Positions 13,667 to 26,256 of a DNA stretch of 64,000 nucleotides are shown here, piece after piece. The position numbers were made by a program, and so were the translations under genes. The notes under the pieces were generated by a model. The model did no database searches. It was not told the DNA's origin and saw only the letters and a program-made list of their open reading frames with translations. Positions within the stretch are counted from its first letter, which is position 1, and the number at the start of each line of letters is the position of its first letter. The stretch is from Amoebophrya sp. A120 (taxonomy: Eukaryota > Protista > Dinoflagellata), in NCBI GenBank assembly GCA_905178155.1, contig CAJINV010000003.1, positions 7,522,601 to 7,586,600 of the forward strand, written 5' to 3'.

Positions 13667-16600
13667 TTAGTAGTCTGCCAACGATACTTCTTCGGGCGTC
13701 TCAACAGAGGTAAGAGATCCACCCAGCAAGCCTGGCAATGACACGTCCAGACGGTTCGCAGTGGTACGTGCCAGGTTGTTCCGTTCGTGTCCTCCTCGCT
13801 CACCTGGAGGACCTTCTCGTTCTATCACGAAAGGATGCCTGGTAACGTACACATCTTCGAAGGAGAGCCCAACTTGTTTGTCAGCTACCAATCGGCGGGT
13901 CGCCATGACTGTTAGTTTCAAAATGTTTTTCTTTTTTCTTCCATGCAGAATCACGATAAAATCAGAAAACTGCAGCATGACTTGGCTTGGCTGTTTGTAG
14001 GCTCTCGCGCTCGGCTAAAGGATCAGTGCAAGGGGGCACGACATGTCGGGAACTGCATTCATTGGCGCGTAACCATATGACGTCGATCTAAACAAAACCA
14101 AAACGCTGCGGTGTGAGTGAACCGAGTTAATATTGAACAAGATGATTGCAAAACAAAAATGTATGTTAGTACGCGACTTCAACGCCTTCTCGGGGGCAGT
14201 AACAGGCTGCAGATGGAGAGGCGCCCCGGTGACGTGCCCCGGCGTTGTCCGTGGTCGTCCCATGCCGAGGCGATTTAGGTGGGGAGGGACTCCGGCTTTG
14301 TTGGCTTTACTTCGGCCAGAGGCGTGGGTGTTGCGATGGTGCGGCAAACCCGAATCTCGGTTTGTCGGATTGTTTCTCCCGGCCGCCATGAACGGCGCCT
14401 CGAGCCCCTCGGGGAGGGAGAGAGTGTTCCGAGCGGGAGCCTTCGCCATCAAGAAGCCGGCACCTTTCACCGCGGCGTCCGGTACGGGTGGTACGAGAAG
14501 CGAAGTCGCGCTTGCCGAGGTGGATGTCTGTTTCGCGCCACCTCCTGCACTCTTTCCCGTGGCGGAAACTGCACTTCTTGGGCGGCTCGAGGGACTGCTC
14601 GTGGATCCCGTTGCTCCCTGCACCCCGGGGTCGTGCTCGCCTCTACTCAGGACGGGCCGGCGCGCGGGTTCGTCCTGCCTCAGGCCGACGTAGTCGGGCG
14701 TTAGCGGCGCAACCGTCAGCGCCCGGCGCCGCAGGGCGGCAAGCAATTTCGCGTCCAGGTGCGGGGGCGCCTGTTCGGAGGACTCGAGCGCGCGCAGCCT
14801 TTCCATACTCGCTGCTAGTGAGGGTCCGTGATCTCGTATTTCGTGAACCCTACCGAGCACTTCCGACACAACCGGCAGCTCTGCGAGCTCCTGCTGCGTC
14901 CGCACGAGACCCACCGTCCCGGCGGCGAAACCAGCCTCCGGGGAGTGAGGGCCGCGCGGCGATCTCACTATTACATTGTCTTTCGGAGAATCGGGCATCC
15001 CGTCCGCGTTTCTCCGCGGAGAAGGCAGGGGCGCGAGCGAGAAGTTGTCCGCGCCGGTCGATCGGTGTCTCTCTCGACTGTGCGCACTTATGGTGCGTCC
15101 AGGCTTCATGCGGTTTTGTGGACGCTCTGACAGGTCGCCGGGAAATTTGGATGTCACCAACTTTGCTGTGTTTGAAATTTGAATCGCTGCATTGGAAAAA
15201 AGATTGTCGCGCCTCGAAATGCCCAGCGGCGAAGACGGCGGAGACAGGGACGCATTCTCCATTCTGCCGTCTGCTTTTGGAGAATTATTCGGCGACGTGC
15301 CTCCGTGCTGATGACCAGTTGGGGAAGCAGCTCGTCGCTCCTTCTGGCGTCTCTGCAGAGAAGCTCGCTCTTCCTGCTCCATAATGTAGGAATTCATGTG
15401 CCAGTTCACGGGTCGACTGCGCACGACTGGCGACCCGGCGGGGCTGGGAGAACTCGTAGTTCCACCATCGCTCCGAGACGCCTCCGGCACCTGCTTGCTT
15501 CCCCCACTGACCCCGCCGGGTCCTCTGAGAAGAGCCATGCTCCTAGAGTAATCCACGGATAATTTGCTCCCGCGCGCGCTCCGTGGCGGGCTCGGACTGT
15601 AAACCGGAATTTCGCCCGCCTGCGGTGTCTTCAAGAAAGCCGCCACGTCCTCGGGAAAATTTCGGATGAGATCTCGCGGAGGCGGCGCGGGTGGCGAGCA
15701 CGTCGGAGAGAGGTTGACCACATTCTCAGTAAAATTGCTGTCCATAAAACGGATGAATCGTCCGGAAGCTGAGCTCGTGCCCGTGTGGGGCCGACTTTTT
15801 TGGTACTGCATCTGCATCTGCAGGCGGTCAGCCCGCAAGCCGCTGGCGGTTCGCGGCAACTTGCGAGGTTTGCTCTTGTTGCCTGCGGCGGGCTTGATAA
15901 GCTCAAACTCGTGCATCGGCATGACGAGCGCGGGTGGGACCTGCTTCGCCAGCGTCTCCGGAGCGACAGCGGAGCGAGCTGGAGCCTTACTGGAGGACGA
16001 CGAGGACCCAGCGTGAGGCGGCGCTTTGCCGGTGGTCCCCCTAGCTTGCGGACTTGGGTTGAGCATTCCCTGACCCTGTACGCCGTCTCTTGGTAGCTCC
16101 GGAACTGCTACCCGTTTATTCGGCGATGCTACTGCATCGTCTTGCACAATCGCGCCATCCGAACTGCTTTGCTGACCGTTCAAAGTACCTCCTGCGCCTG
16201 CTGGCTCCGCCGCAGGAACATCAGCTTGATGTTCTCCCCGTATCCGCCCAGCGGTGCCCGGTCGGCTTCCGCTGGGCTCCAGTGCATGCGCGGTTAGGGG
16301 CGGCGTTTTTTTCGTGCTGAACAAAGTTCCCTTAGCCGGCTCAGGGGTCTGACGCGCTCGCCGTTGGTACGAGCGGCTCCCCGAAGGTCGCGCCGTCCGC
16401 CCGGTCCAAACCTTGCCCTTTTTCGCGCTTTGTACGTCATTCGGAGCGTTGAGAAGCAAGTACCGACTCTTCATGACGGGCTGATGCTCACTTTGTTCCA
16501 CCAGATCGGTGGTTTCGCCCGGCGCAGGAGATGCAGCCAAGCGGAGGGTTGGGGACGGTGAACGCATACGCGACCCTCCGCTGGGTGACCGCGATCCCGA

Positions 16601-16693
16601 TCCGGGGCGCTTCAAGAAGTTTGAGCTCGCAGACGACTTCATATTCTTGCCGTCCTGGTGGATTTTTGCGAAACTCATTCGGTTATATCTCAA
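13667..16693 (-). CDS. Large Ser/Pro/Arg-rich low-complexity protein of unknown function, at least 2 exons
   Basis: 892-aa ORF 14015-16693 joins in frame through a GT-AG intron (about 13909-14171) to the terminal exon 'MATRRLVADKQ...EEVSLADY*'; start uncertain. Confidence 0.6.
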
Positions 16694-16843
16694 TCACTTA
16701 TGCTCGTGGCTCCTGCGAGAGAAACTGCTATAATAAATTGCGGGAATCACAATCATGACGTGCAGCAGTAGACGACAAAAACTCATAAGCAACATACTTG
16801 ATGAGGAGTAAAAAATCACTCTAGCACTGAAAATATGCCAACT

Positions 16844-18370
16844 CTAAGGTCCCTTCCTCACGGACTGGTTATTCCTTTTCAACATAGAAAACATACTCTG
16901 ATAGAAGAGGCTATTAAAGCGATCATATGCATAATCACGTACTGTTTCCTCCCGCGCAAAGATCTGCACGTAGTGCAGCTTTTCCTGCCGCGGCGCTCGG
17001 GGCGGACCGACTGGTGGCGAAGCGTCCGGAGGCGGCGCCTCGGGACTGCCGAGCGGTGCGGTTTCGTTCTGATCCACCACCGCAATGTGCTGCGACGCGC
17101 CGCCAGCATCCTGCCGGGTCCCGGAACTCTGCGCTCCGGGGCTTCTGGCCTGCGGTTCTTCGTGTTGTAGGTGGAACTCCTGCGACCCCTGGGACAACGC
17201 CTCAGGGCTCGAGGACATGTGGCTTCGGGACAGAAACTGCTGCTGCGGGTGCGACTTTCGGACGGCTCCTCCACGCGTCCGCTGCGAAAAGGGTCCCTGC
17301 TGCAAGTGCTGCTGCAAAATGGTCTGCGTCAAATTGGGGAACCGGTTCTCCGCCTGGTGGTCGGACATCAGACGAGGCAGCAAAAACTGCGGCCGACGGG
17401 GCAATGGCTCATCCTCGCTTGAGCTCGACCCGCCGTGCGCATAAAAATCCGCCACGCCAGGGCCGCCCTGCAGAGCCATGTAAATGTGCCGCTCGAGAAA
17501 GCTGTTGAAATACGTTGGTGTCTGTCCCTTCCCCTCGCAATGGTGTTCACAAATTGATGACCGTTCAAGTGTCGCCATGCCTTTCGAGCATAACAAGTTC
17601 TGTAATAAATATCTAAATCTATGCAAGAATATTAACAAACAAGCATGCTTCAGTCTTTCAAAAAAGTAAAGAACTCGATCTGGTCCAAATGGCGTTTGTT
17701 GTGCGCAAGCTGCAGCGGCGTAACACCCCACAAGTCCTCTTCCTCGAGAAGCTTGCCCAATACGTTCCGCCGAGCGAACAGCTGGAGAAGCTGAATACCT
17801 GTGATGAGATCCAGAAGCGAAACAAGTTTGATTCAAACTTGTCTTGTCTAGTCAGTGAGTCATTTGTAGTCTCCTCGTGCTGCAGTTACTCCTAGTTGAA
17901 TGATCATGGTCCAGACTGGAAACCATCGATATTTTTGATCATGAGCTAAGTAAAGTACCATCTTTTTTTGTGCAGGCAATGTGGGCGATGTTCCGACGGT
18001 TAGTGGCCCGCAGCGAAATATCAGCGCCGAGATCGAGCAGGGAGCGCACGATACGCACATTGCAGGAGTGCGTGGCATTTAGCAACGGTGTTGATCCGCT
18101 GCTGTCAACGACGTCGAGTACGTGTTGCACGGCAGAGAGCTCATGCAGCCCCTTGGACAAACATTCATACAGCTCTTCATGGCCACGAAGGCAGGCGAGC
18201 GTCAAACCAGACTGCCGAGAGTCCGGATGTAACGCGTACAGGAACGAGGAATCTTGTTCCACTTTTGCCTTTACCGCCCGGATGTCGCCCTTGCCACACG
18301 CCAAGAGAAACTGAAGCACCTGCTCCCGGGCGGAGGAGCCGGCTGATTTTACTTTGGCCTCAGCAACCAT
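16844..18370 (-). CDS. Ankyrin-repeat protein, multi-exon; 3' end uncertain
   Basis: 'FLLACGKGDIRAVK', 'GLTLACLRGHEEL' and 'GSTPLLNATHSCNVRIVRSLLDLGADIS' are ankyrin-like; low-complexity downstream exons. Confidence 0.7.
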
Positions 18371-18807
18371 ACTTAATCTGCCGGACGAAAGCTACCGCAC
18401 TTTCGCGAGTACGCAACTATGTGATCTAAAGATGCAAACAACAGAAAACGAGCACACGATGACGATCATCCCACCAGCAAATATGGCACTGAGGTTGATC
18501 AGAGACAAAGATCGTAAAAGCAGCATGAGTTTACTGCAAAATCAAAAAGTACGAAGTACGTACATTTCGATCATCGACATCAAGCAGACAAAGCAAGCGA
18601 TCGCAAAAACACGATACTGAAGCGATTTTCTCGCACGACCTCAACCCTCAACTACAGTCACTTCGTTTCATAAAACTGTTGTAATGCCAAGAATTCATGT
18701 GTTAACACAAGAACTTCTGTGGTATCATTCTACCTGTACTGCCACCGAAACAACCCGATCAAGCCGCTACCTAGCGGGAGAAGACGGACGAACGTCATCG
18801 AGTAAAT

Positions 18808-19945
18808 ACATACATACATACACGATGCACTTTGCCCTGTGTCTGGGGTGCGTGCCGCTCGATTTTTGATCGTGACACCGGGAAAGCGATCCACCCAAAC
18901 GATTTGTACGGACGAGCAAGGGTGTGAAGCTACCCTCTGTGTTCGCGATGGATCTGGCTAGGCCCGGCGAACAACACAAGAGGTGAACATCGGAGCCGGG
19001 AGGAGCCTATGCAACCCCTAGGGGGGCGGGCGTACTTAAACGCTCCGGCAATCTCTATTCCTTGTTCCTGACGGCCACATCAAGGCGATTCTCGCTGCCG
19101 GCGCCGTGTTGCTCGATTTTGCCGCGAAGTGCCGGCACACATCGGTCACAAGCTACTAGCCTGTAGGTGATGCGGTCGGGGGGCATCCTACGCTTCCGCG
19201 GATGCTTTGCGCCCTCCTCGTCTGCCAAGCTTCTTAGACAGAAGAGGAGGGGCGCCACAATGCTTTCCCGTCTGGGCTCGCATTCCTCACAAGGCCCGCG
19301 CGATGCGGAAGACAGAGAGAAGACGAGCTACTGAAGATAACGGGTCCCCCGGCTAAGCCGGTGCCACCACGCACAGCAGTCCAGCCAAGCGGGCGAAGAA
19401 CTGGGGCAGCTCCCGGCTTCCTCTTGTTGGTTCCCGGCAGTCGCGGCCCTTCGTGCCGTCAGCGCCTGCGCTTGGCGTGCGTCCCTATTGCTGTAGTGGC
19501 CGCGTGCTCTGACGCGCCACCTCCGCCTCGGGGTTGCGCCGTTGCGCCTGGTGCTTGCGAGCGCTGAGGAGCGCGCGCGGTAGGTAGCTAGCTAGCTGCT
19601 GGCCAACCTAACTGCGTTGAGACCCGCACCCAGGAAGCCGGGGCCGGTGTGTCTAGCTTCCCTGCGGGAAGCAGGCTGCGTCTCGCTCAATGTCTTCCGC
19701 TACGTGGTCGGCTATGCGAAGAGACTTTTGCACCAGCTGCGAACTCGTGCTAGGCGCCCCTCCCTACAAGGGCGAGGCGTTTTGTTCTAAATAACTAGCA
19801 TCCGATAGCTTTCCTTCCCTGCAAGGGCGGGCTGTTCGTTAGCAAGACTGACAGACTTTCCGTGTTCGAAGTCTGTGCTATGATGTAGTTCGCAGCCGAA
19901 CAATTGACTACCTGCTGGTAGCCCCCCTTCCCTGCAAGGGCGGGG
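18808..19945 (-). mobile_element. Putative non-coding retroposed element (SINE-like or LINE 3' UTR), highly structured, 11-bp TSD, (TATG)n tail
   Basis: ATCGAGTAAAT at 18797-18807 and 19946-19956 brackets a GC-rich, hairpin-dense block lacking a credible ORF; ACATACATACATAC directly follows the left repeat. Confidence 0.55.
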
Positions 19946-20054
19946 ATCGAGTAAATGAAAAATGAACCCTAACCCTTCGGTTCTTTATATTGGACTTGGA
20001 CTTCTCATAATCGTCCCATCTTCTCGCGTCTGTCCCTAGAAGCACACTTCACAA

Positions 20055-21785
20055 TTATAAAAACTTGCGTACGTCTTCAAAACGGCCTTGTTCGTCAAAA
20101 GCAGGTACTACTCCGTTCCTGTCGCTGCGATGGTACCAACGACCAGACAAACCGCGCGGGTCGTTCTTGATTTGCGAGAGGGTGTTCGGGTCTGCCGGAT
20201 TCTTGACGTTACGAAAATATCGGGCTCGCACTGACTCGTTGGGCAGAAAAAGGTAGGAACGCAGAAGCCACAAGTCGTGGGAGAGCTGCGCCAGCCGACG
20301 CGCCAGCGGATCCGGAAATATCGCGTGGGGCGGGTAAGCCGGTTTGCCCACATATTCCGGCGGAGGAGGGCAGCCGGCCGGGACCAGCGGCAGTGGTTTT
20401 TCCACCTCTTCGTCCGCGCGCGGCTTCAGCAGCTCGCGGCTGTTTGGCATGAGCTTGGTGCCCAAGATGTCTTCGAAGAAGGTCTGACAAGCGCCTCTGG
20501 AGAGGTCGCGCCCTGCTGCCTGGCCGTTGTCTGGCAGCACGTGGTCTCGCGCCGAATCATTGTCGGCAGTGTGGATCATGCTCATGCTCTTGTTCATCCC
20601 TTTGCTTGTTTCTTGTATAGGTCCGAATTGCCGTTCAAATTGCTCGATCAGCTGTGCGGCCGGCGAGTCTTCCTTCTCAAGAACGAGCATGGGTTCGGGC
20701 ACCCCCGCCCCTGTATTCGTCTTGTCGTCAGCTCGTTCCATTCCTGCGGCTTTGGCAGCAGCATCGCCAGCAGCCTGGACGGCGCGGACATCAGTCGTTC
20801 CGTTCTCAGACGCGCCTCTAGTGCTGTCGGTCGCGGCAGGAGCCCCTGCTTGAGCTTTCGGTCGCGGCTGCATAGAAGTACTTCTGAAGGCCGTGGGCGC
20901 TCGGCGAGTGTCCCAATCGGGCACCGAGAAAGAGTGGCTGTTCGAAAGTTTCGCGAACCCATCCTGCCAGGGTTTCAGCATTGCGGGAAAGTGTTTCTCG
21001 GTGGTTGCATCCAGGAACTTCAGCTCCCCCTGCACCGCCCGCAGGGCGAAGGGATCCAGTGGCCGCATTCCCACCCGGACGCGGCTCAGCCGCGGCCGCT
21101 GCCCTTTCTTGCCCAGCACCGCAAAAGCCTGCTCCAAAAATCGCTGGAACTCCGCGTACACCCGCTTCATTTCGCGGACGCGGCTTGACAGCTCCTCGTG
21201 GAAGCGGTCCGGCCGCTTTCGCAACGTACTGTAGGCCGATCCACTGCCGCCGACCAACGGGTCCGTGGCCGCGTCGGTCGTGCTGGTCACAGCGATCTTC
21301 TGATCCACGAGGCCGCGGAGCTTTGTGTACATTTTCTCGTACTCGACCGCGATACGGGGAAGCAGGTCATTCGCCCCCCCACCGAGCAAGTCCTTCAGGT
21401 CGTCGAAGACTTCGCTCTCGTCCGCAGGCTCGGGCGGGGGTGGAAACTTCGGGCATTTCAGCTTCGGCGGGCCCCCGGGGTCAAACGGCGGGTTAAAGTT
21501 CGTGGGCTCGGAATCGGTCACCAGCGAGTCCTGGGGCACGTCTCCCGCAGAGAAGTCCTCGTCGGGAACGTGATCCAGCTGCAGCGGATTCGAGCTGAAG
21601 AACGTTTTGATTGAATGAGGACGTCGCATTTGCATTCCGATTCCGGCCGAGTTGTGCAGCCAATTATACACCGTTGAAATGGCGATGTCACTGATGTGGT
21701 CGTTGCTGCGAAATAGTCTCGTCCTCCATTCGCCGAGATGAGTGCACGCATCTGAGACGCGCTGCGCAGCATCGGATCCGAACAT
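20055..21785 (-). CDS. Hypothetical protein (576-aa ORF; upstream exons possible)
   Basis: Long GC-rich ORF on the same strand as all neighbours; no family recognised. Confidence 0.65.
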   Translation of the reverse strand: MFGSDAAQRVSDACTHLGEWRTRLFRSNDHISDIAISTVYNWLHNSAGIGMQMRRPHSIKTFFSSNPLQLDHVPDEDFSAGDVPQDSLVTDSEPTNFNPPFDPGGPPKLKCPKFPPPPEPADESEVFDDLKDLLGGGANDLLPRIAVEYEKMYTKLRGLVDQKIAVTSTTDAATDPLVGGSGSAYSTLRKRPDRFHEELSSRVREMKRVYAEFQRFLEQAFAVLGKKGQRPRLSRVRVGMRPLDPFALRAVQGELKFLDATTEKHFPAMLKPWQDGFAKLSNSHSFSVPDWDTRRAPTAFRSTSMQPRPKAQAGAPAATDSTRGASENGTTDVRAVQAAGDAAAKAAGMERADDKTNTGAGVPEPMLVLEKEDSPAAQLIEQFERQFGPIQETSKGMNKSMSMIHTADNDSARDHVLPDNGQAAGRDLSRGACQTFFEDILGTKLMPNSRELLKPRADEEVEKPLPLVPAGCPPPPEYVGKPAYPPHAIFPDPLARRLAQLSHDLWLLRSYLFLPNESVRARYFRNVKNPADPNTLSQIKNDPRGLSGRWYHRSDRNGVVPAFDEQGRFEDVRKFL

Positions 21786-22808
21786 GGTAAAAAGTACTTA
21801 CATCAGATCTTTGAAGTTACTTACTCAAATTGTTTTCGCCGTTCCCCCGATATCGCTACCGCTAGAAGGACCTCCCGTGTGCGCCGCGCGGAAAACACTC
21901 TGTTGCAGATATCTTCGATTACACCTAGTTGTGCAAGTGACAGGTATTAATTGCAGGAGATGGTAAAGACTTTCCATGATAACAAACCAACGTCCGAAGA
22001 TATTACTACAGAAGAAACGACACGATTGCGAAAAAGCACGAGCTGGGCTTGGGCACAAGCCAAGCGCATGTAAACTTCACTCAACGATAGCTGTGCACCC
22101 GCATTGTAGTTTTTGCTCCTATCAAATCTGCGTCAAGGTTCAGCCATCGAAACGAACGTCACGAATCGGGATTATTGACGATGGCAACATACGGTTGCAA
22201 CGACACCACGAGCCGATACCAAATGGAAATGCCAAGTTCTACGCACACAACCAGTGATGACAGAAACAAATTGACTGTCAAAGTTGTGCCAATTCGAATC
22301 CTCGTATGGCTCTTTTTGCAGGAGATTGTTCTTGCGTTAAAGTTTTCCACATTGTTCTATCATTCTAGTGTCAACTAAAGTGACGAAGTCGGTCGCTTTT
22401 GTGATTGTGTCTGGCTGAGCGTTACATTAAAGAAAAACCGCCTTGCGGCTCCTCTTCCGTGTCCAAACACCATACGCCGGGTGTTAGTTTTTTCCGGCAG
22501 TCGGGGACTACTTGTAACCTCACGTATTGCTCTGCGCACTGTTTCATCAGCCGCTTTATCTCATGATCGGGAGGCGTTGGTACAACTCGGAAGCCGCATG
22601 ATGTAGCAAGCTTCGCGAGGCCCCTCCCGCGTCGGTTTTCGCGGGGTGTCCGAGCAATATCGTGTGCGTCAAGAATGCGCCGTCGGTGGGGTGGTCATTG
22701 ACACGTGCCCTGTCGCTCGGAAGGCTGTCCCGGAAGATTCGCCATCGCTGGGCGTGATGTCGCTTCAATGGACTGGGGGGGCAAAGGGGATGTGTGCCGC
22801 TTACACCA

Positions 22809-23653
22809 CTAGTAGCAGTATTTGTCCCGGCCGTGAACTTTCACTCGCTCGTTCAAAGCCTCTTCCGCTGTCATTTCTTTGCCCATGTCCTTCTTCACTG
22901 TCCTGTAGGCCACACCCGCCGCACCATATACTTTTTCTCGTACCTGATGTGGACAAATTTCATATTTATAGAATTAGAATCACGATCAACTTCGAAAACA
23001 TTTACCTTACAAGAAGTCTTCGGTGTAGCAGAGGCAAGGCTTCGAGGAAAGGACGATGATGATGCTATGTTCTGATTCCCATGGCGCTGCCGCCTCGCAA
23101 CCAGACATTTACAACAACACACAATCGGTGAGCAGCACTTTATTTGTCATTCCTTGTCGGAGAAAATCAATAGACACGAAGACAAATTTCAGTATACCTG
23201 AATCGTGCACTTTTGCTTCTTGAGAGCTTTCTCGACTTTTTCCTGCATGGCCTTATCCAACGCAGCGTCATCTTCGTACTCATCTTCGCCCTTCTGGAGT
23301 TTTTTGCGCAAAATGCGGCCCTTTTTGAAGATTTCGAAGGACGCTGTCGTTGAGAAGTTCGAGGAAAAAGGAGCCACGATCATGGCGCTCCGATTTGAAA
23401 GCACCCTGGTTATTGTGCGGACTTCGTCTACACCGGTGTTGGGGTGCTGTACGCGAATTTCGTCGCCTGCCTCGAGTTCCGTAAGGAAAAACGTGTTCAG
23501 CCCCTGGATGGTGTCGCTCTGCGCGACGATTCGCCCGCTCCCATCCACTCTCTCGGGCTCCTCGTTATCGTCCTCACTTTCGTCCTTTCGCTCTCGCTTC
23601 TTCTTTTTTTTCTCCTTCTTGAGGGACGGGTCGCCCTTGAATTTCAGCGACAT
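22809..23653 (-). CDS. Small Lys-rich hypothetical protein, possibly nuclear, 2 exons
   Basis: 'MSLKFKGDPSLKKEKKKKKR...' joined by a GT-AG intron to 'VREKVYGAAGVAYRTVKKDMGKEMTAEEALNERVKVHGRDKYCY*'. Confidence 0.7.
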
Positions 23654-24432
23654 GGCTTTCAGTCTGTTCAGTCAAAAGAACTACTCGGTCGTGCACAGCT
23701 AGCTGCTGATTCATCAACTTCTACCTTGAGACAACAGTAAAGTTCTTCTCCTAGTAGTTCTCAGACAAGGTCGTTGCTTAGTTTTCCCAAACCAACCAAG
23801 TACAAAAAAGGCAAATCAGGGATGGAAAGGGGTCGCCAAAGCCAAATAAAGGGTCGTAAAAATTTTGGGGTGAGATCACCAGTACTGTTGAATAGTAGAC
23901 GCGTATGCTTGCCAAGGACTCACACTTCCTCAATGAATTGCCGGTGCTGATCGATAGCAATAGGAGAAATCCGCGGAACAGTTGCATTTTGCTCGTTTAT
24001 CCAGCAATAGTGTCGACGAAGCCGCGCCGACGCCGACCATTCCTATCTTGATTCATATTTCATCTTCCTTATTTTCATACAAGATTTGCAGTGGTGAAAC
24101 GATTTTCTAGTCATCTCTCTTCTTCAAATTGATTCGAGGCCGCGTATTGCGTTAAGTTTGTTTGTACAATTGATTTTGTGGTGCTACGTCGATCACGATC
24201 TGGCTTTTCTTTATTTATTCATTTTGCATACAGATACCGTCCGACGATTTATAGCATTCAAAATTGGAATCACTTCATTGGCGGGAAAGGGAGCGCGAGA
24301 AGTACATTTTTGGTAACTGCCAGTTGTTCAATTCGAAACTTGGTAGAAGCTTTCATACATATTAAGGCTCAAATCAGCGATCAAGTCCGCGTACACGTAA
24401 ACATACAGAGTTGGGGTCCGCGATCATCTCCC

Positions 24433-26256
24433 CTACACGTGTTCGTCCTCGACGTCATCCTCGTCGACGCCCCGGATTTCCTCGTCGGTGAGCGCTGGCT
24501 TGCCCCGCATGCAGAAGAAAAGCAGCACGGACACCAGAACGACGCTACCGACGGCGGCCACACCGTAGAGGATCATCGATTTTTGATCCTCCGCGGACTG
24601 CTCGTCCTTGCCGGCGCCCTTCCGCTGGAGGATCTTCTCCGCCTGAATTTCACTGCCGTCGTCGTTTTTTCCGGTCACCTTCACGGTAGCGATGACGACC
24701 GTGTCGTACTTGGCCTTGGCGGCGTCCGCGGCGGCCGCGTTGGATTCCCCCGCAGCGAAGGTCATCTTCCCGAGGCCGTCCGGATCCAAGCTCACGTCCA
24801 CCGCGACATACTCGTGCGCGCCGGACTTTCCGGGCGGCGTGGCGGGCTTGGACTGTCCCTTCGAATCGAAGTGCACGTACCCCTTACCCGTGCCGTCGGC
24901 TCCGCCCAGGTCCAGCACAATCAGGTTCTTCTCGTCGTGTCGCACCTTCGCGGCGGTTAGAAGCATCTGGACGACTTCTGCTCCGTCTTTCGGCACCACG
25001 TTGGACTCGCGCAACTCGCCTGCCGCCTCGGTGTTGGACTTGCCGCCGTCCTCGCCGTCGGCCTTCGCGGAGGACTCTTCGTCCCTGTGTGTTCGTTGCG
25101 CGATCTTCTGCTGTTCCAGCGTCGTGGTCTTGACTGTGGTCTTCTTCACGTTCACTTGCAGGGCGGAGGACGCCGGTGGAGGTGTGGGAGGCATTGCGGG
25201 TTGTTTCCCTTTCAGCTCCACGGCCAGTTTCTTCTGCTGCGTGGCCGCTGGCTTGTTCGGCTGCCGGGAGGAAGAGCGGCTAGGTGGCGGCAGCTCCAAC
25301 GCACTGAACGACGTTTCGGCTTGTTCACCATCAATTGCAGCATCGGCTTGTTCCTTTTCACCTTCACGCCCAATGGGATTGTCCTCTGCTACTGCAGCTT
25401 TTTTTACAGCAACTTCGTCGGCTGCTTGCTCCGTCGTGTACAACTTCTGAATCACGGCATCTTCACAGGTTTCTTTGGCGTTGATTGGGGTGCTCTCATC
25501 ATTTTGCGTTTTGTGTTCCAACATTTTCAGCATCGTGATTGGATCCTCGGAGTCGTCGAACGACTCCTGCGCTCTGGCGCACCGTGCTTGAATCAACTTG
25601 CCGAGGGTTTCTTGATGCTTGGCAGCTCCTTCTTCGGACTTTGGCGGTTCGCCAGTGTGTGCGAAAAGCGCCTGCACGCCCGGGTCCCCCAGATCCTTGA
25701 AATCCAGACCGATGCCGAGGTAGCGATGCTCTCCCGTCCCTTCAGGCGGTCGTGCGTCCTTCTGCCCACCCTGCTCTTCGTCAATACTACGGTGGACGTA
25801 CAACTGTTGCTCGCCGTTCTTGCTTTCGAAGACATCCACGATGACAATGGGCGGATGGGGACCATAGAAAACTTGATCCCCACCCTCCTCGTCCTTCCCC
25901 CTTCTTCCAGTCGCAACTTCCAGCTTCGACACCAGCGGCTGCAACTTTTCGAACCCACTTCCTGTAGGCGGTGTCGCGGCATCCTTGCTGTCTGCACCTT
26001 CTTCTTCGGCTGCTGCTTTACTGGGTTCTTCTTCTACATCTTTTGCCGATTCTGCGTCACGTCGTTCGCTAGTCTCAGCTACCGCATCGTCAGAACCACC
26101 GCTCGCCCTTCCTTCACGCAACTCTTTCGAATCGACCTGGAGCTGCAACGCGCTTTCGGGAGAGAAATACTCGATCTCGGGCTCGTCTTTCGTGATGATT
26201 CCACGAATGACATGTCCCATGGAAAAGACGAGAAGAATCGATTTTCCGACAGACAT
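24433..26256 (-). CDS. Single-exon acidic surface/membrane protein (signal peptide plus C-terminal TM helix)
   Basis: 607-aa ORF with hydrophobic N-terminus, 'MILYGVAAVGSVVLVSVLLFFCM' TM segment and short acidic tail. Confidence 0.75.
   Translation of the reverse strand: MSVGKSILLVFSMGHVIRGIITKDEPEIEYFSPESALQLQVDSKELREGRASGGSDDAVAETSERRDAESAKDVEEEPSKAAAEEEGADSKDAATPPTGSGFEKLQPLVSKLEVATGRRGKDEEGGDQVFYGPHPPIVIVDVFESKNGEQQLYVHRSIDEEQGGQKDARPPEGTGEHRYLGIGLDFKDLGDPGVQALFAHTGEPPKSEEGAAKHQETLGKLIQARCARAQESFDDSEDPITMLKMLEHKTQNDESTPINAKETCEDAVIQKLYTTEQAADEVAVKKAAVAEDNPIGREGEKEQADAAIDGEQAETSFSALELPPPSRSSSRQPNKPAATQQKKLAVELKGKQPAMPPTPPPASSALQVNVKKTTVKTTTLEQQKIAQRTHRDEESSAKADGEDGGKSNTEAAGELRESNVVPKDGAEVVQMLLTAAKVRHDEKNLIVLDLGGADGTGKGYVHFDSKGQSKPATPPGKSGAHEYVAVDVSLDPDGLGKMTFAAGESNAAAADAAKAKYDTVVIATVKVTGKNDDGSEIQAEKILQRKGAGKDEQSAEDQKSMILYGVAAVGSVVLVSVLLFFCMRGKPALTDEEIRGVDEDDVEDEHV

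Noticed and set aside
19331-19345. CTGAAGA as a hammerhead core
   Set aside because: No stem II followed by GAAA.
19850-19876. GGAAAGTCTG (minus strand) as RNase P CR-I
   Set aside because: It pairs in a local hairpin and I found no CR-V partner.
19965-19976. AACCCTAACCCT as telomere or telomerase RNA template
   Set aside because: Only two units, outside the structured block, with no supporting context.
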